A DNA stretch of 64,000 nt from Bifidobacteriaceae bacterium. GTDB taxonomy: Bacteria; Actinomycetota; Actinomycetes; Actinomycetales; WQXJ01. The DNA lies in assembly GCA_031268215.1 (NCBI GenBank), contig JAIRXP010000004.1, positions 458 to 64,457 on the forward strand, written 5' to 3'. Below, piece by piece: positions 21,657 to 31,038 of the stretch. A program made the translations under genes and the position numbers. Under the pieces are notes generated by a model, which saw only the letters and a program-made list of their open reading frames with translations, was not told the origin of the DNA and ran no database searches. Position 1 is the stretch's first letter, and each line of letters starts with the position of its first letter.

Positions 21657-22913
21657 ATGCTTCCCGACATCACTTTTGAGACCACCCCGGCCAACCACCC
21701 GCCTGAGCTGCCGCGAGCCGTTCCAGGCACCGATCCGCTGGTTTGGCTGCGTCGAGGCGACGGTTTCGCCGGGCTAGGCGAGGCCACCCGCTTTGAAACT
21801 ACCGGTCCGCGGCGCTTCCAAGCGGCCGAAGAATGGTGGAGTTCGGTGGTCAGTCGCGCCACCGTCAAGGGCCCCTCGGATTCGCCTGGAATGGGACCGC
21901 TGGCTCTAGGCACTTTCACCTTTTCCCCGGCTTCCGCCGCGCCGTCGGTACTGGTGATACCTAGAGTCGTGGTGGCCCGCTACCGGGGCCGCGAATGGAT
22001 CACCACCGCCACCGCCACCGGTCAAGACCGGTTCTTGATGCCCGATGCCGTCCCCGCACCACCGCTCCCCCGTCTAGTTGAGTCTCCCGGTCCGATAGCG
22101 GCAGCTAACTGGCCCGCCGTAGTGGGCCGAGCCATTGAATTGATCCGGAGCGGCGGGCTGGAGAAGGTGGTCCTGGCCCGGTCGGTCCTGGCGCGGGCGG
22201 CCCAGGGCCAGATCGATCCCCGCCCAGTACTTGAATTCCTGACCCGCCGTTACCGCGACACTTGGACTTTCTGCATAGACGGCCTGGTGGGGGCTACCCC
22301 CGAGTTGCTGCTCCGGTCGATGCGCGGTCTGGTCACGTCACGGGTCTTGGCTGGAACAATCCGCCGCAGCGGCTCCGACCAGGACAACCTGGCCCGCGCC
22401 GCCGCGTTGGCTCGGTCATCCAAGGACCTGGAGGAACACCAATTCGCCGTCGAATCGGTAGTGACCGCATTGGAACCCTTCACCGACGAACTGGCCGTGC
22501 CAGACAGCCCATCGGTGCTTCATCTACCGAACGTCATGCATCTGGCCACAGATGTGGTGGGAGAACTCAAGCGGGCCCGCTCAGGGCGCCTGCCCGGAGC
22601 CCTCACCCTGGTGGCGGCGCTCCATCCCAGCGCCGCCGTTTGCGGCACGCCGGCGGCCCAGGCCGCTACCGTGATTGAGCGACTCGAAGGCCAGGACCGC
22701 GAACGCTACAGCGGTCCGGCCGGATGGATCGACGCCAATGGCAATGGCGAATGGGGCATAGCCCTGCGCTGCGCCCAGCTCAGCCCCGGCCGCGAGGAGG
22801 CCCGGCTGTGGGCCGGCGGCGGTATTGTGGCCGCATCAGATCCGGCCGCCGAACTGGCGGAAACCGAGGCTAAGCTGGCGCCCATGCGCCAAGCGCTGGG
22901 ACTAACGGTCTGA
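21657..22913 (+). CDS. menF: Isochorismate synthase
   Basis: KVVLAR, GATPELL, KDLEEH, LHPSAAVCGTP and GGGIVAASDP..E..ET..K motifs. Confidence 0.9.
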   Translation: MLPDITFETTPANHPPELPRAVPGTDPLVWLRRGDGFAGLGEATRFETTGPRRFQAAEEWWSSVVSRATVKGPSDSPGMGPLALGTFTFSPASAAPSVLVIPRVVVARYRGREWITTATATGQDRFLMPDAVPAPPLPRLVESPGPIAAANWPAVVGRAIELIRSGGLEKVVLARSVLARAAQGQIDPRPVLEFLTRRYRDTWTFCIDGLVGATPELLLRSMRGLVTSRVLAGTIRRSGSDQDNLARAAALARSSKDLEEHQFAVESVVTALEPFTDELAVPDSPSVLHLPNVMHLATDVVGELKRARSGRLPGALTLVAALHPSAAVCGTPAAQAATVIERLEGQDRERYSGPAGWIDANGNGEWGIALRCAQLSPGREEARLWAGGGIVAASDPAAELAETEAKLAPMRQALGLTV

Positions 22914-22920
22914 CCGCGAA

Positions 22921-24765
22921 TCAGGAATCTTCATCGCGGGTACTCAAGGTAACCGTGACGTCATTGACCTTTGAACCCTGTGCCACCGTTAGCACAACGG
23001 ACGTGCCAGGGAGGTAGGAACGAACCCAAGCGGTCAACGACACACTGCCAGAAACGGCGTGCTGATCAACCGCCACGATCACGTCCCCTGGCTTCAAACC
23101 GGCCTGGGCGGCCGGCGTACCGGCCTGGACGGTCTTCAACTTGGCACCGATCCGCGCCACTCCGGATACCTCCACTCGGCTGTCCTCCGAAGTCACGCCA
23201 AGGAACGGATGGGCGGCCTGACCGCCGTCGATCAATTGACTGGTGACGTTCTTGACCTGATTGACCGGGATGGCGAAGGCCAGACCAATGTTCCCAGCCT
23301 CCCCAGTGAGGCCACCCATGGTGGCGATCGAAGAGTTTATGCCGATCACCCGGCCCTTGGAATCGAACAGCGGACCACCAGAGTTACCCGGGTTCACGGC
23401 GGCGTCCACTTGGATAGCGTTCGTCACAACATCAGAGCCTTGATCAGTTCCGGTCCGTACCGGCCGGTTGAGGGCCGAGATAATCCCCGTAGTGACGGTG
23501 TTGTCCAGGCCCAGCGGGTTACCAACCGCCATGACCGGTTCACCCACTACGGCCTCATCGGAGTTACCCAGTTCGGCTTCCACCAAATCATCCGGAGGGT
23601 TGCTGAGTTTGACGACGGCCAAGTCGGTGGTCGGGTCAGTACCAAGGACCTCGCCGGCCAGGATGCGGCGGTCAGCGAGCACCACGTCAATCCTCCGAGA
23701 GTTAGACACGACATGGTTGTTCGTCACCACATAGCCTTTTTCGGAGTTGATGATCACGCCTGAACCAAGCGCTCCGCCGCCCATGTTTCCGGAGTCAACG
23801 TTCAGCGCCACCACTGTGGGCTGGACCTGCTGGGCGACAATGTTCCACTGCGGCGAACCGCCGTCATAAGCGTCCTGAGGAATCTGAGGAACGCTCTTAC
23901 CGGAGGTCAGGCCATCGATCGACGAACTCGTGGTGGTGGTGACCGGCGGATTGGTCGTGGTGCCCGTTCCCTGACGGCTCATCAGCAGGTAAGTGCCTCC
24001 GGACGCCAAGGTGGCGGCGACAACGGCCGCCACTAGGCCAATGGCCCAACCTCCCGACCGGGTGAGGGCTTTCTTCGGCGCCTGGCCTTGAGCCTCGGGC
24101 GGCCTCGGAGCGAGATCTGGCGGCGGCGGTATCTCCGGCGGCAGAGGAGTCATGGCGGGGCCAGTTCCCAACGCGTAGCTCGGAGCCTGGTAGGGCGATG
24201 CTGACCGGGCCGCTAACGGAGGCGTTGGCGACGCCGCCACCGGGCCCGGATACGGCGCCTGGGAAGCCTCCCAGGCACGCGATTCATCAAAACTGGCACT
24301 GGCCGACCCGCCCGCCGCTGTTCCCGCGGTCGGTGCGGCATGCTGCCCAGGCCGTTGGGGCGGTAGCGGCGCCGGCGTAATGGGCTGCGGAACCGGCGGC
24401 GCCACGCTACTCGGCACGGCATCGGGAAAGCTCTGGGTATCCGGAAGAGCCGGTGTTTCTGGGAAACCTTGTTCCCCCGGCGCCGCCTGCTGGTACAGGG
24501 CGACCACATCTGTCGGACCGGTGGTGGCCGGGGCTTGATCCAACAGTGACTGGCCCGGCGCCTCCGGTTCAGTGGGCATGAACACTTCGCTGCCGGCTGA
24601 CTCGGCCGGCGCCACGGGCTGCCACGGGAAAGGTGTCCCGCCTAGCAGATCATCTTCCGCCGCAGCGGCTCCGAACGTGCCAGCCGGTTCGCCGGTCTGG
24701 TCCATCCCGTTTCCTTGATCCTCTCCGGGGCCAGCACCGCTCACCGTACGGGGCTCATCACTCAT
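22921..24765 (-). CDS. Membrane-anchored HtrA/DegP-like serine protease with PDZ domain
   Basis: Long Pro/Ala-rich N-terminus, one TM segment, TNNHV, DLAV, DAAVNPGNSGG, and a C-terminal PDZ domain. ATG 24765 follows a GAGGAAAGG RBS. Confidence 0.92.
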   Translation of the reverse strand: MSDEPRTVSGAGPGEDQGNGMDQTGEPAGTFGAAAAEDDLLGGTPFPWQPVAPAESAGSEVFMPTEPEAPGQSLLDQAPATTGPTDVVALYQQAAPGEQGFPETPALPDTQSFPDAVPSSVAPPVPQPITPAPLPPQRPGQHAAPTAGTAAGGSASASFDESRAWEASQAPYPGPVAASPTPPLAARSASPYQAPSYALGTGPAMTPLPPEIPPPPDLAPRPPEAQGQAPKKALTRSGGWAIGLVAAVVAATLASGGTYLLMSRQGTGTTTNPPVTTTTSSSIDGLTSGKSVPQIPQDAYDGGSPQWNIVAQQVQPTVVALNVDSGNMGGGALGSGVIINSEKGYVVTNNHVVSNSRRIDVVLADRRILAGEVLGTDPTTDLAVVKLSNPPDDLVEAELGNSDEAVVGEPVMAVGNPLGLDNTVTTGIISALNRPVRTGTDQGSDVVTNAIQVDAAVNPGNSGGPLFDSKGRVIGINSSIATMGGLTGEAGNIGLAFAIPVNQVKNVTSQLIDGGQAAHPFLGVTSEDSRVEVSGVARIGAKLKTVQAGTPAAQAGLKPGDVIVAVDQHAVSGSVSLTAWVRSYLPGTSVVLTVAQGSKVNDVTVTLSTRDEDS

Positions 24766-24790
24766 CTTGACTTTCCTTTCCTCGTCACCG

Positions 24791-26692
24791 TCAATCAAAC
24801 CGCGTCTTCCTTGATGAATCCTCCCGTAAAGCTGTGAACTTCCGGGGAGACTCCAGGGCAATTCTTGAAAGACCCACGATTCGGTGCTCAAGTCCCCTAC
24901 GCTCAGGGCGGTCAAGTCGCACAGTCAACAGGTTAACGCCACGGACCGGCCGGTTCAGCGCCGCCGTCAGTTCGCCCGCGGTTCGGGCAGCGGCATGGCC
25001 CGCCCCGTACGCCTGGGCAAGTGCGGCCGTGTCCAACCGCAGTGGCGTGGCGAAGAACCGATCAAAAGCCACCGCCAGATTGGGCGCCGCCACTTCCAGG
25101 TTCTCAAAAATCGCCCCGCCACCGTCCTCCAGGACCACTATCCGCAAATCCGGCCGGCGCTCAAGTTCAGGAATCGCCAAGGCACCGGCGTCATGAGCCA
25201 GCGACAGATCGCCCATCAACACCGTTACTGATCGCCCCAGAGCCAGGGCCACCCCGCCCGCGAAACCGATAGTGCCATCAATTCCGGCCAGTCCCCGCAT
25301 GGACCAGATGGGCGATGCCCGGGCGGGAGCCGGTCCCAGGTCCAAGTCACGGATGGCACTGGACGCGCCGACCACCATAGGCCCCGCGTTTGGCCCGTCT
25401 AGCCGGTCTAGCCCGTCTAAGTCGTCTCCACTGGCCGTGCCACGGCCTGCTTCACCCTCCCCGCCTTGGATTCGCCCACTGTTAGCGGCCACAACCGCCG
25501 CCGCTATGGCCGGGCCGTTGGGGAACGGCGTGTCCCGCAACCGCTCCCAAATCACCTGCCCGGCCTGCCGCCACTCTTCCAGCCAGGCCTGGTCTTCAAC
25601 CGCGGCCGGACCGGACAGATTCACGTGACTGGCGATCCGGCCGGCTCCCCGACCCAGATCAAACCAAGCGCCGCCACCGCCATGTACCACCGTGGTGTCG
25701 ATGCGTGGGTCCAGGACCAGCCTGGTGACCGGCCGCGAAAGCACCGGCCGGCCGTAAACCACCAGACGCTCGATTCGCTCGCCTAGCAAGCGGGCCACCA
25801 ACCGGCCGGCGGTGATGGCGTTGGGCCCGGCCCAGGATCCGGATGCCGGCTCAGCGATGAGTGGCCAGCCGGCGGATTCGGCCAGTTCCCGAGCCGCCGG
25901 GCCGGCACCCGTGCCGGCGATCACCACTGTCCGTGGGCCTGGCCGCAGCTCCACGGCAGCCATCTCATCCGGCCGGCCCGCTAATGCTTCCGCCGCCATG
26001 GCCGCCGCTGGACGCACTGGGTCAACCCGGTCGCCCTGGTCGCCCCGGACACGAACAGCCCCAGCCTCCAGGCCGTCCAGGGTCCATTCAGGACCAGGCA
26101 CCAACGGCTCACGGAATCGGATATTGATGTGGACCGCTCCCCCAATCCCGGACGCCCGGCCCCAAGCGGCCGCCACCGCGTCAGCGCCAGCCCGGAAACA
26201 CCGCGCCACGCCCAATCCCGCCGCCAGAGTCTCTTCCCGGACCGGCGCCCGGCCAAAGACGCCACGCTGATCCGTGGTCTGGTTGGCGCCAACTCCCTGC
26301 AACTCCTGAGGCCGGTCAGCCGTGATGGCCAGCAAAGGCCAGCGCGAGGCCGCCGCTTCCATGACCGCTGGATGAAGATTGGCGACCGCGGTGCCGGATG
26401 TCGTCACCACCGCCGCCGGCCGCCCGGACGCGGCGGCCAAACCCAAGGCCGTGAACCCCGCCACCCGTTCATCGGTCCGGACCACCAATTCCACTTCACC
26501 GCGCGCTGCGGCCTCCAATGCCGCGTAAACCAAAGGCGCCGAGCGCGAACCCGGCGCGAAGACTATCCACTTCAGTCCGGCGGTGATCGCACCGGCCAGC
26601 AGTCCCCGCGCCGCCTCAACGGCCGACTCAACGACGGACCCGCTGACCAAGCCATCAACTGGCCCACCAGCCGGACGCCGAGCAGCGCTCAT
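24791..26692 (-). CDS. menD: SEPHCHC synthase (ThDP-dependent)
   Basis: APGSRSAPL, DERVAGFTALG, TTSGTAVANL, GANQTTDQ, RGLAGIDGT and GDLS motifs. Confidence 0.94.
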   Translation of the reverse strand: MSAARRPAGGPVDGLVSGSVVESAVEAARGLLAGAITAGLKWIVFAPGSRSAPLVYAALEAAARGEVELVVRTDERVAGFTALGLAAASGRPAAVVTTSGTAVANLHPAVMEAAASRWPLLAITADRPQELQGVGANQTTDQRGVFGRAPVREETLAAGLGVARCFRAGADAVAAAWGRASGIGGAVHINIRFREPLVPGPEWTLDGLEAGAVRVRGDQGDRVDPVRPAAAMAAEALAGRPDEMAAVELRPGPRTVVIAGTGAGPAARELAESAGWPLIAEPASGSWAGPNAITAGRLVARLLGERIERLVVYGRPVLSRPVTRLVLDPRIDTTVVHGGGGAWFDLGRGAGRIASHVNLSGPAAVEDQAWLEEWRQAGQVIWERLRDTPFPNGPAIAAAVVAANSGRIQGGEGEAGRGTASGDDLDGLDRLDGPNAGPMVVGASSAIRDLDLGPAPARASPIWSMRGLAGIDGTIGFAGGVALALGRSVTVLMGDLSLAHDAGALAIPELERRPDLRIVVLEDGGGAIFENLEVAAPNLAVAFDRFFATPLRLDTAALAQAYGAGHAAARTAGELTAALNRPVRGVNLLTVRLDRPERRGLEHRIVGLSRIALESPRKFTALREDSSRKTRFD

Positions 26693-27651
26693 GAAGCGCC
26701 TCCATTCGCCTCAGCCAAGCGGCGCACCTGGTCAAGCCGTTCGCGCCAGCGGCGCTCGACCTCCGGTGCGGCAGCATATCGCCTGATCAACCGCGGATCT
26801 GGAGAGGCTTGGCGAACTGGCAAGACGGCATCGGACACCACCAAGCGGTCCGCCGTAAGGTCGCCGGACAAGAGCTGCCCGGTGCCCAACCCACAGGCGA
26901 AGTCGAGGCGGGGCAAGGCGGCCGCCAGAGCCACGCCCATGGCCAAACCAATCGAAGTTTCGACCGCCGAGGACACCACCACCGGCAGGCCCAACCGCTC
27001 CGCCAACTCCACGCAGGCGCGCACCCCGCCCAACGGCTGAACTTTCAATACGACCAGGTCAGCGGCCTCCAATCGCTTGACAAGGAAAGGATCAGCGGCC
27101 CGGCGGATTGATTCGTCAGCAGCGATTGGCACACCGCCGCGGCGGCGAACTTGGGCTAGCTCCCGGGCCGAGCAACACGGCTGTTCGGCGTATTCAAGCC
27201 CACCAGCCGCCTTGTTCAGTGCAGCGATCCGGCTAACGGCCGTGTCCACGTCCCAAGCGCCATTGGCATCAATCCTGATCTTTCCAGTTGGGCCCAGCGC
27301 CGCCCGCACGGCGGCCACGCGGTTGACCTCTTGGGCGGCGGTCTGGCCCGGTTCCGCCACCTTCACCTTGATGGTCCGGCAGCCCCCAGACCGAGCTACC
27401 AGAGCGGCCGCTTGGTCTGGCCCAACAGCCGGCACGATGCCGTTGACCGGCACCGTTTGACGCACCGGTTTCGGAAAACCCAGGTTGGCGGCCTCTTGGG
27501 CGGCCCGCCACCACGGCAGACATTCCGCCGGGCTGTAATCCTCGAAGGGGCTGAACTCCGCCCAGCCGGCCTCGCCCCGCCAGATCATGCCCCGCCGCCG
27601 GTCGGTGCCCCGGAACCTAACCGTCAATGGGATATCGAAGACCGCGGGCAC
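26689..27651 (-). CDS. menC: o-Succinylbenzoate synthase
   Basis: Enolase-superfamily KVKV, DANG, EQP, DES and LKVQPLGG motifs. The true start is ~GTG 27651; the longer 583-aa ORF overlaps menB antisense. Confidence 0.92.
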   Translation of the reverse strand: MPAVFDIPLTVRFRGTDRRRGMIWRGEAGWAEFSPFEDYSPAECLPWWRAAQEAANLGFPKPVRQTVPVNGIVPAVGPDQAAALVARSGGCRTIKVKVAEPGQTAAQEVNRVAAVRAALGPTGKIRIDANGAWDVDTAVSRIAALNKAAGGLEYAEQPCCSARELAQVRRRGGVPIAADESIRRAADPFLVKRLEAADLVVLKVQPLGGVRACVELAERLGLPVVVSSAVETSIGLAMGVALAAALPRLDFACGLGTGQLLSGDLTADRLVVSDAVLPVRQASPDPRLIRRYAAAPEVERRWRERLDQVRRLAEANGGAS

Positions 27652-27729
27652 ATGGTCAACCCTAGTGTCCCTGGCCGCGGACTCACGGCGATGGCCTTCC
27701 CGCCCCGCCGGGCGGTTAGGCTCTTGGCC

Positions 27730-28680
27730 ATGAGCGATTCGCCAAGCCTTGAGTCCGCCGGTTTCACGCCCGGATTGTGGCGGGACATACCTGGTTTTGA
27801 GGCGCTGACCGACATCACCTACCACCGTGGGGTTCAACGGACCGGCCAAGGGGAGGTGGATCAGCCTTGGGTGCGCATCGCCTTCAACCGGCCCGAGGTC
27901 CGCAACGCATTCAACCCGCACACCGTTGACGAGTTGATCGCCGTTTTGCGCCACGCCGCCGCCTTGCCCGATGCCGTCGCGGTGCTTTTGGCAGGTAACG
28001 GCCCGAGTCCCAAAGATGGCGGCTATGCCTTTTGCTCCGGCGGTGACCAACGGTACCGGGGCGCCAGCGGCTACGAGTACAGGCGTACCGACGCGGGCTC
28101 CGGCCCACCTACCAGCCAGCGCCCTGGGCGCCTGCACATTCTGGAAGCCCAGCATCTCATCCGGACCATGCCGAAAGTCGTGATCGCTCTGGTGGACGGC
28201 TGGGCGGCCGGCGGTGGCCATTCGCTCCACGTGGTGTCTGATCTGACCATCGCCTGCCGCGAGCATGGGCTGTTCAAGCAGACCGACGCGACAGTCGGAT
28301 CCTTTGACGCCGGCTACGGCTCGGCCCTGCTGGCCCGGCAGGTTGGCCAGAAGCGGGCCCGCCAGATCTTCTTCCTCGCCGACGTTTACACCGCTGAGCA
28401 GGCCGAGGCCTGGGGTGCCATCAACCTCGCCGTTGACCACGAAGAGGTCGAATCCACCAGCATTGGCTGGGCGCGTCGCATCGCGGAACAGTCGCCGCAG
28501 GCAATCCGGGTCCTCAAGTTCGCGCTCAATCTGCCCGATGACGGCCTGGCCGGTCAGCAGATGTTCGCCGCCGAAGCGACCCGGCTGGCTTACGGCAGCG
28601 CCGAAGGCGCCGAGGGACGTGATGCGTTCCTAGAGGGACGTCTCCCGCGCTGGGAGGAATTCCGCAAACAAATCCTCTAG
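27730..28680 (+). CDS. menB: 1,4-dihydroxy-2-naphthoyl-CoA synthase
   Basis: RPEVRNAF, AFCSGGDQ, WAAGGGHSLH and VGSFDAGYGS motifs; start at ATG 27730. Confidence 0.95.
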   Translation: MSDSPSLESAGFTPGLWRDIPGFEALTDITYHRGVQRTGQGEVDQPWVRIAFNRPEVRNAFNPHTVDELIAVLRHAAALPDAVAVLLAGNGPSPKDGGYAFCSGGDQRYRGASGYEYRRTDAGSGPPTSQRPGRLHILEAQHLIRTMPKVVIALVDGWAAGGGHSLHVVSDLTIACREHGLFKQTDATVGSFDAGYGSALLARQVGQKRARQIFFLADVYTAEQAEAWGAINLAVDHEEVESTSIGWARRIAEQSPQAIRVLKFALNLPDDGLAGQQMFAAEATRLAYGSAEGAEGRDAFLEGRLPRWEEFRKQIL

Positions 28681-28702
28681 TACTCCTCGCCAGACTTTCC
28701 GA

Positions 28703-29779
28703 TTAGCTGACGGACCAGCTTCCGTCCGTCTTGGGGACCAGTTCGATCCAGGTGATACCTGGGGCGAGTGTTACTACTGAGCCATCCGGTGTCTTCAGCA
28801 CCAGCGGATCGCCTTCCGAGGCCTTGGACCACTGGATGTCCAGGGCTTTACCGCCGGTCATGACAATGCCTTCACCAGAGCCGACAATGATGGTCTCCGG
28901 GATGGGGCTGCCGGCCGCATCGGTTCCGCCGGCCATCTTGATGTCCACCGTCAGAGCGATCACGTTGCGGGCTGCCAACCGCACGCCATCGGCCGATTCG
29001 GAGGGCGTGTCGCCCTCTGAACGCAAGTACGTACCGCTGGTCTCTTCCCAGGCCCACTTGGGCTTGGCGACAGCCGAAAGCTTGACTGCCATGGTCGCCG
29101 CCGGGCGGCCGTCTTTGGCGGCGGTCGCCGTGGCCGGTGAATCCGCGAAAGCGAACTCGGCTGCCGGCAGCGACCCGTGTGAGGAATCGGCGGCGGCCAA
29201 CAGATCAGCCGGCCGGCCGTAGAGGTTATGCGGCATTGAGCGTTGATTGGACCGGAAAAAGCCGCGCCCCCCTGAGTCTTCTGTCAGCACCTGTAAGCCC
29301 GCGGCCTTGGCGCGAGAAATGAACCGGTCCTGGCCGCCTGAACAGGCCAACAGCCCATGGGTTGGCCCAAGGATTGGCCCGTCCATGGGACGGATTGAAC
29401 GCACCGGGCCAACCGCTTCGGGCAATTGCGAATTGAAAACCACGATGAACCTTGATTCGCCGCCTTCGACCATTTCCTCCCAGACCAAATCCGCCTGTTC
29501 CAGGCCGGCCTGCGGGCGGGCGGCTTTAGGGTTCTCCACCTTGACCGCCACGGCTGGACGCTCAACCACCTCTCCCGGCAGGCCAGTCAGCGGCCAAACG
29601 GCGGGCACCTCCGGCGGTGGGTTCTTGTCTGGCGCGATCGCGGTCTGCGTGGCATCGCCGCCGGGCTCCTTACCGCAGCCCCCTAGGAGGCTCATTCCCA
29701 CCATGACCGCTAGAGCCATGGCTCCAGCGACGGGTCGCCGGTAGCCCCCGGCCGGCGAACGAGGATGAGTGACAGGCAT
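28703..29779 (-). CDS. DUF3048-family lipoprotein
   Basis: Lipobox LLGGC; PLTG, AVKVEN...ARPQAGL..AD.V.EEMVEGG..R, GPVRSIRP and PHNLY motifs. Start uncertain. Confidence 0.8.
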   Translation of the reverse strand: MPVTHPRSPAGGYRRPVAGAMALAVMVGMSLLGGCGKEPGGDATQTAIAPDKNPPPEVPAVWPLTGLPGEVVERPAVAVKVENPKAARPQAGLEQADLVWEEMVEGGESRFIVVFNSQLPEAVGPVRSIRPMDGPILGPTHGLLACSGGQDRFISRAKAAGLQVLTEDSGGRGFFRSNQRSMPHNLYGRPADLLAAADSSHGSLPAAEFAFADSPATATAAKDGRPAATMAVKLSAVAKPKWAWEETSGTYLRSEGDTPSESADGVRLAARNVIALTVDIKMAGGTDAAGSPIPETIIVGSGEGIVMTGGKALDIQWSKASEGDPLVLKTPDGSVVTLAPGITWIELVPKTDGSWSVS

Positions 29780-29856
29780 TCGATTTCTCCTGGATCGGTT
29801 CAATTTGGTCTGACCACTTTAAGCATGCCTGCTCCGCGAACCGCCTAATCGGGACG

Positions 29857-31032
29857 GTGTGGCGGCTACGCCCGTGGCCGCCGCGTGGGCCTAAAGTAGC
29901 AGTCGTGTCCATCGCCAGTTTGGCCCGTTGCCTATTGAGTGCCCTAGCCGGTGGACCGCCCGTCGTGGCTGGCGGCGGCCGCGGGTCCAGCGAGCTGTCG
30001 CAGCTGCCGGAAGGCACCGTTCTGGCTGTGCCAACATCTGGATCGACCGGGCCACCCAAGCTGGTGGCCCTTGACGCGGATGCGGTCCGAGCCTCCGCCA
30101 AGGCCAGCGCCGAACGTCTTGGCGGCGCCGGCCATTGGCTGTTAGCCCTGCCGGTTAGCCACATCGCCGGGATGAACGTGGTCCTGAGGGCGTGTTTGGC
30201 CGGGGCTCCGCCATACAGTCTCCCGCCCGGTCCGTTTACCGCTCAAGGCTTCGCCCAGGCCACGGCCGCCTTGCCACCCGGGCCTAAGTTCACTTCCCTG
30301 GTGCCCACCCAGTTGCGGCGCCTGGCCGCCGCCGGACCGACCGGATCCGAAACACTGAAACAGTTCGACGCCGTGTTGGTTGGCGGCGCGGCGCTGGATC
30401 CCCGCCTGCGCGAATGGGGTGAGGCGGCTGGCCTCCGCCTGGTTGAAACTTACGGCTCAGCTGAAACCTGCGGCGGCTGCGTTTACGACGGCCAGCCGTT
30501 GGACGGGACTAGCGTCCAAATCACGCCCGGGGGACGAATCGAGGTGACTGGCCCAACTTTGGCACTTGGGTACGCGCCGGCCGATCCCGCCCAGCCAGGT
30601 TTCGTAGAGCGCGACGGTCAACGCTGGTTCGTCAGTTCGGACCTGGGACAGTGGGCGCCGGATGGCCGTCTGGAGATCTTGGGCCGAGCCGACAACGCCA
30701 TCACTACTGGCGGCCAGACAGTTTCACCGGAGAACGTGGAGGCGATGCTCCGGACCGTTCCGGGAGTCGCGGACGTGTTGGTGGTAGGTCTGCCAGAACC
30801 GAATTGGGGACAGTCACTGACGGCCTTGGTGGTGCCCGATTCCGACCGGTCGCCCAATCTTGAAGAGTTACGTCAAGTGGTCAAAGAGTTGCGCGACCCG
30901 GCCCATGCGCCCAGAGGTTTGGCCCTGGTCAAGACATTGCCACGGCTCGAATCCGGCAAGCCTGATAGGGCCGGCGCGGCCCGGGCGGCGGCCGGGCTTG
31001 AAACTTCCGGCCACCTGGAACGGTTACTCTGA
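29857..31032 (+). CDS. menE: o-Succinylbenzoate-CoA ligase
   Basis: TSGSTGPPK, SHIAG, SLVPTQL, ETYGSAET, SDLG, GRAD and SGKPDR motifs; adjacent to menA. Start uncertain. Confidence 0.88.
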   Translation: MWRLRPWPPRGPKVAVVSIASLARCLLSALAGGPPVVAGGGRGSSELSQLPEGTVLAVPTSGSTGPPKLVALDADAVRASAKASAERLGGAGHWLLALPVSHIAGMNVVLRACLAGAPPYSLPPGPFTAQGFAQATAALPPGPKFTSLVPTQLRRLAAAGPTGSETLKQFDAVLVGGAALDPRLREWGEAAGLRLVETYGSAETCGGCVYDGQPLDGTSVQITPGGRIEVTGPTLALGYAPADPAQPGFVERDGQRWFVSSDLGQWAPDGRLEILGRADNAITTGGQTVSPENVEAMLRTVPGVADVLVVGLPEPNWGQSLTALVVPDSDRSPNLEELRQVVKELRDPAHAPRGLALVKTLPRLESGKPDRAGAARAAAGLETSGHLERLL

Positions 31033-31038
31033 CCTATT

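Noticed and set aside
26689-28680. Apparent 1.1-kb antisense overlap of extended menC (583 aa) and menB (449 aa)
   Set aside because: Artefact of longest-ORF calling. Homology starts at ~27651 and 27730, each with its own -10 box, so the genes do not overlap.
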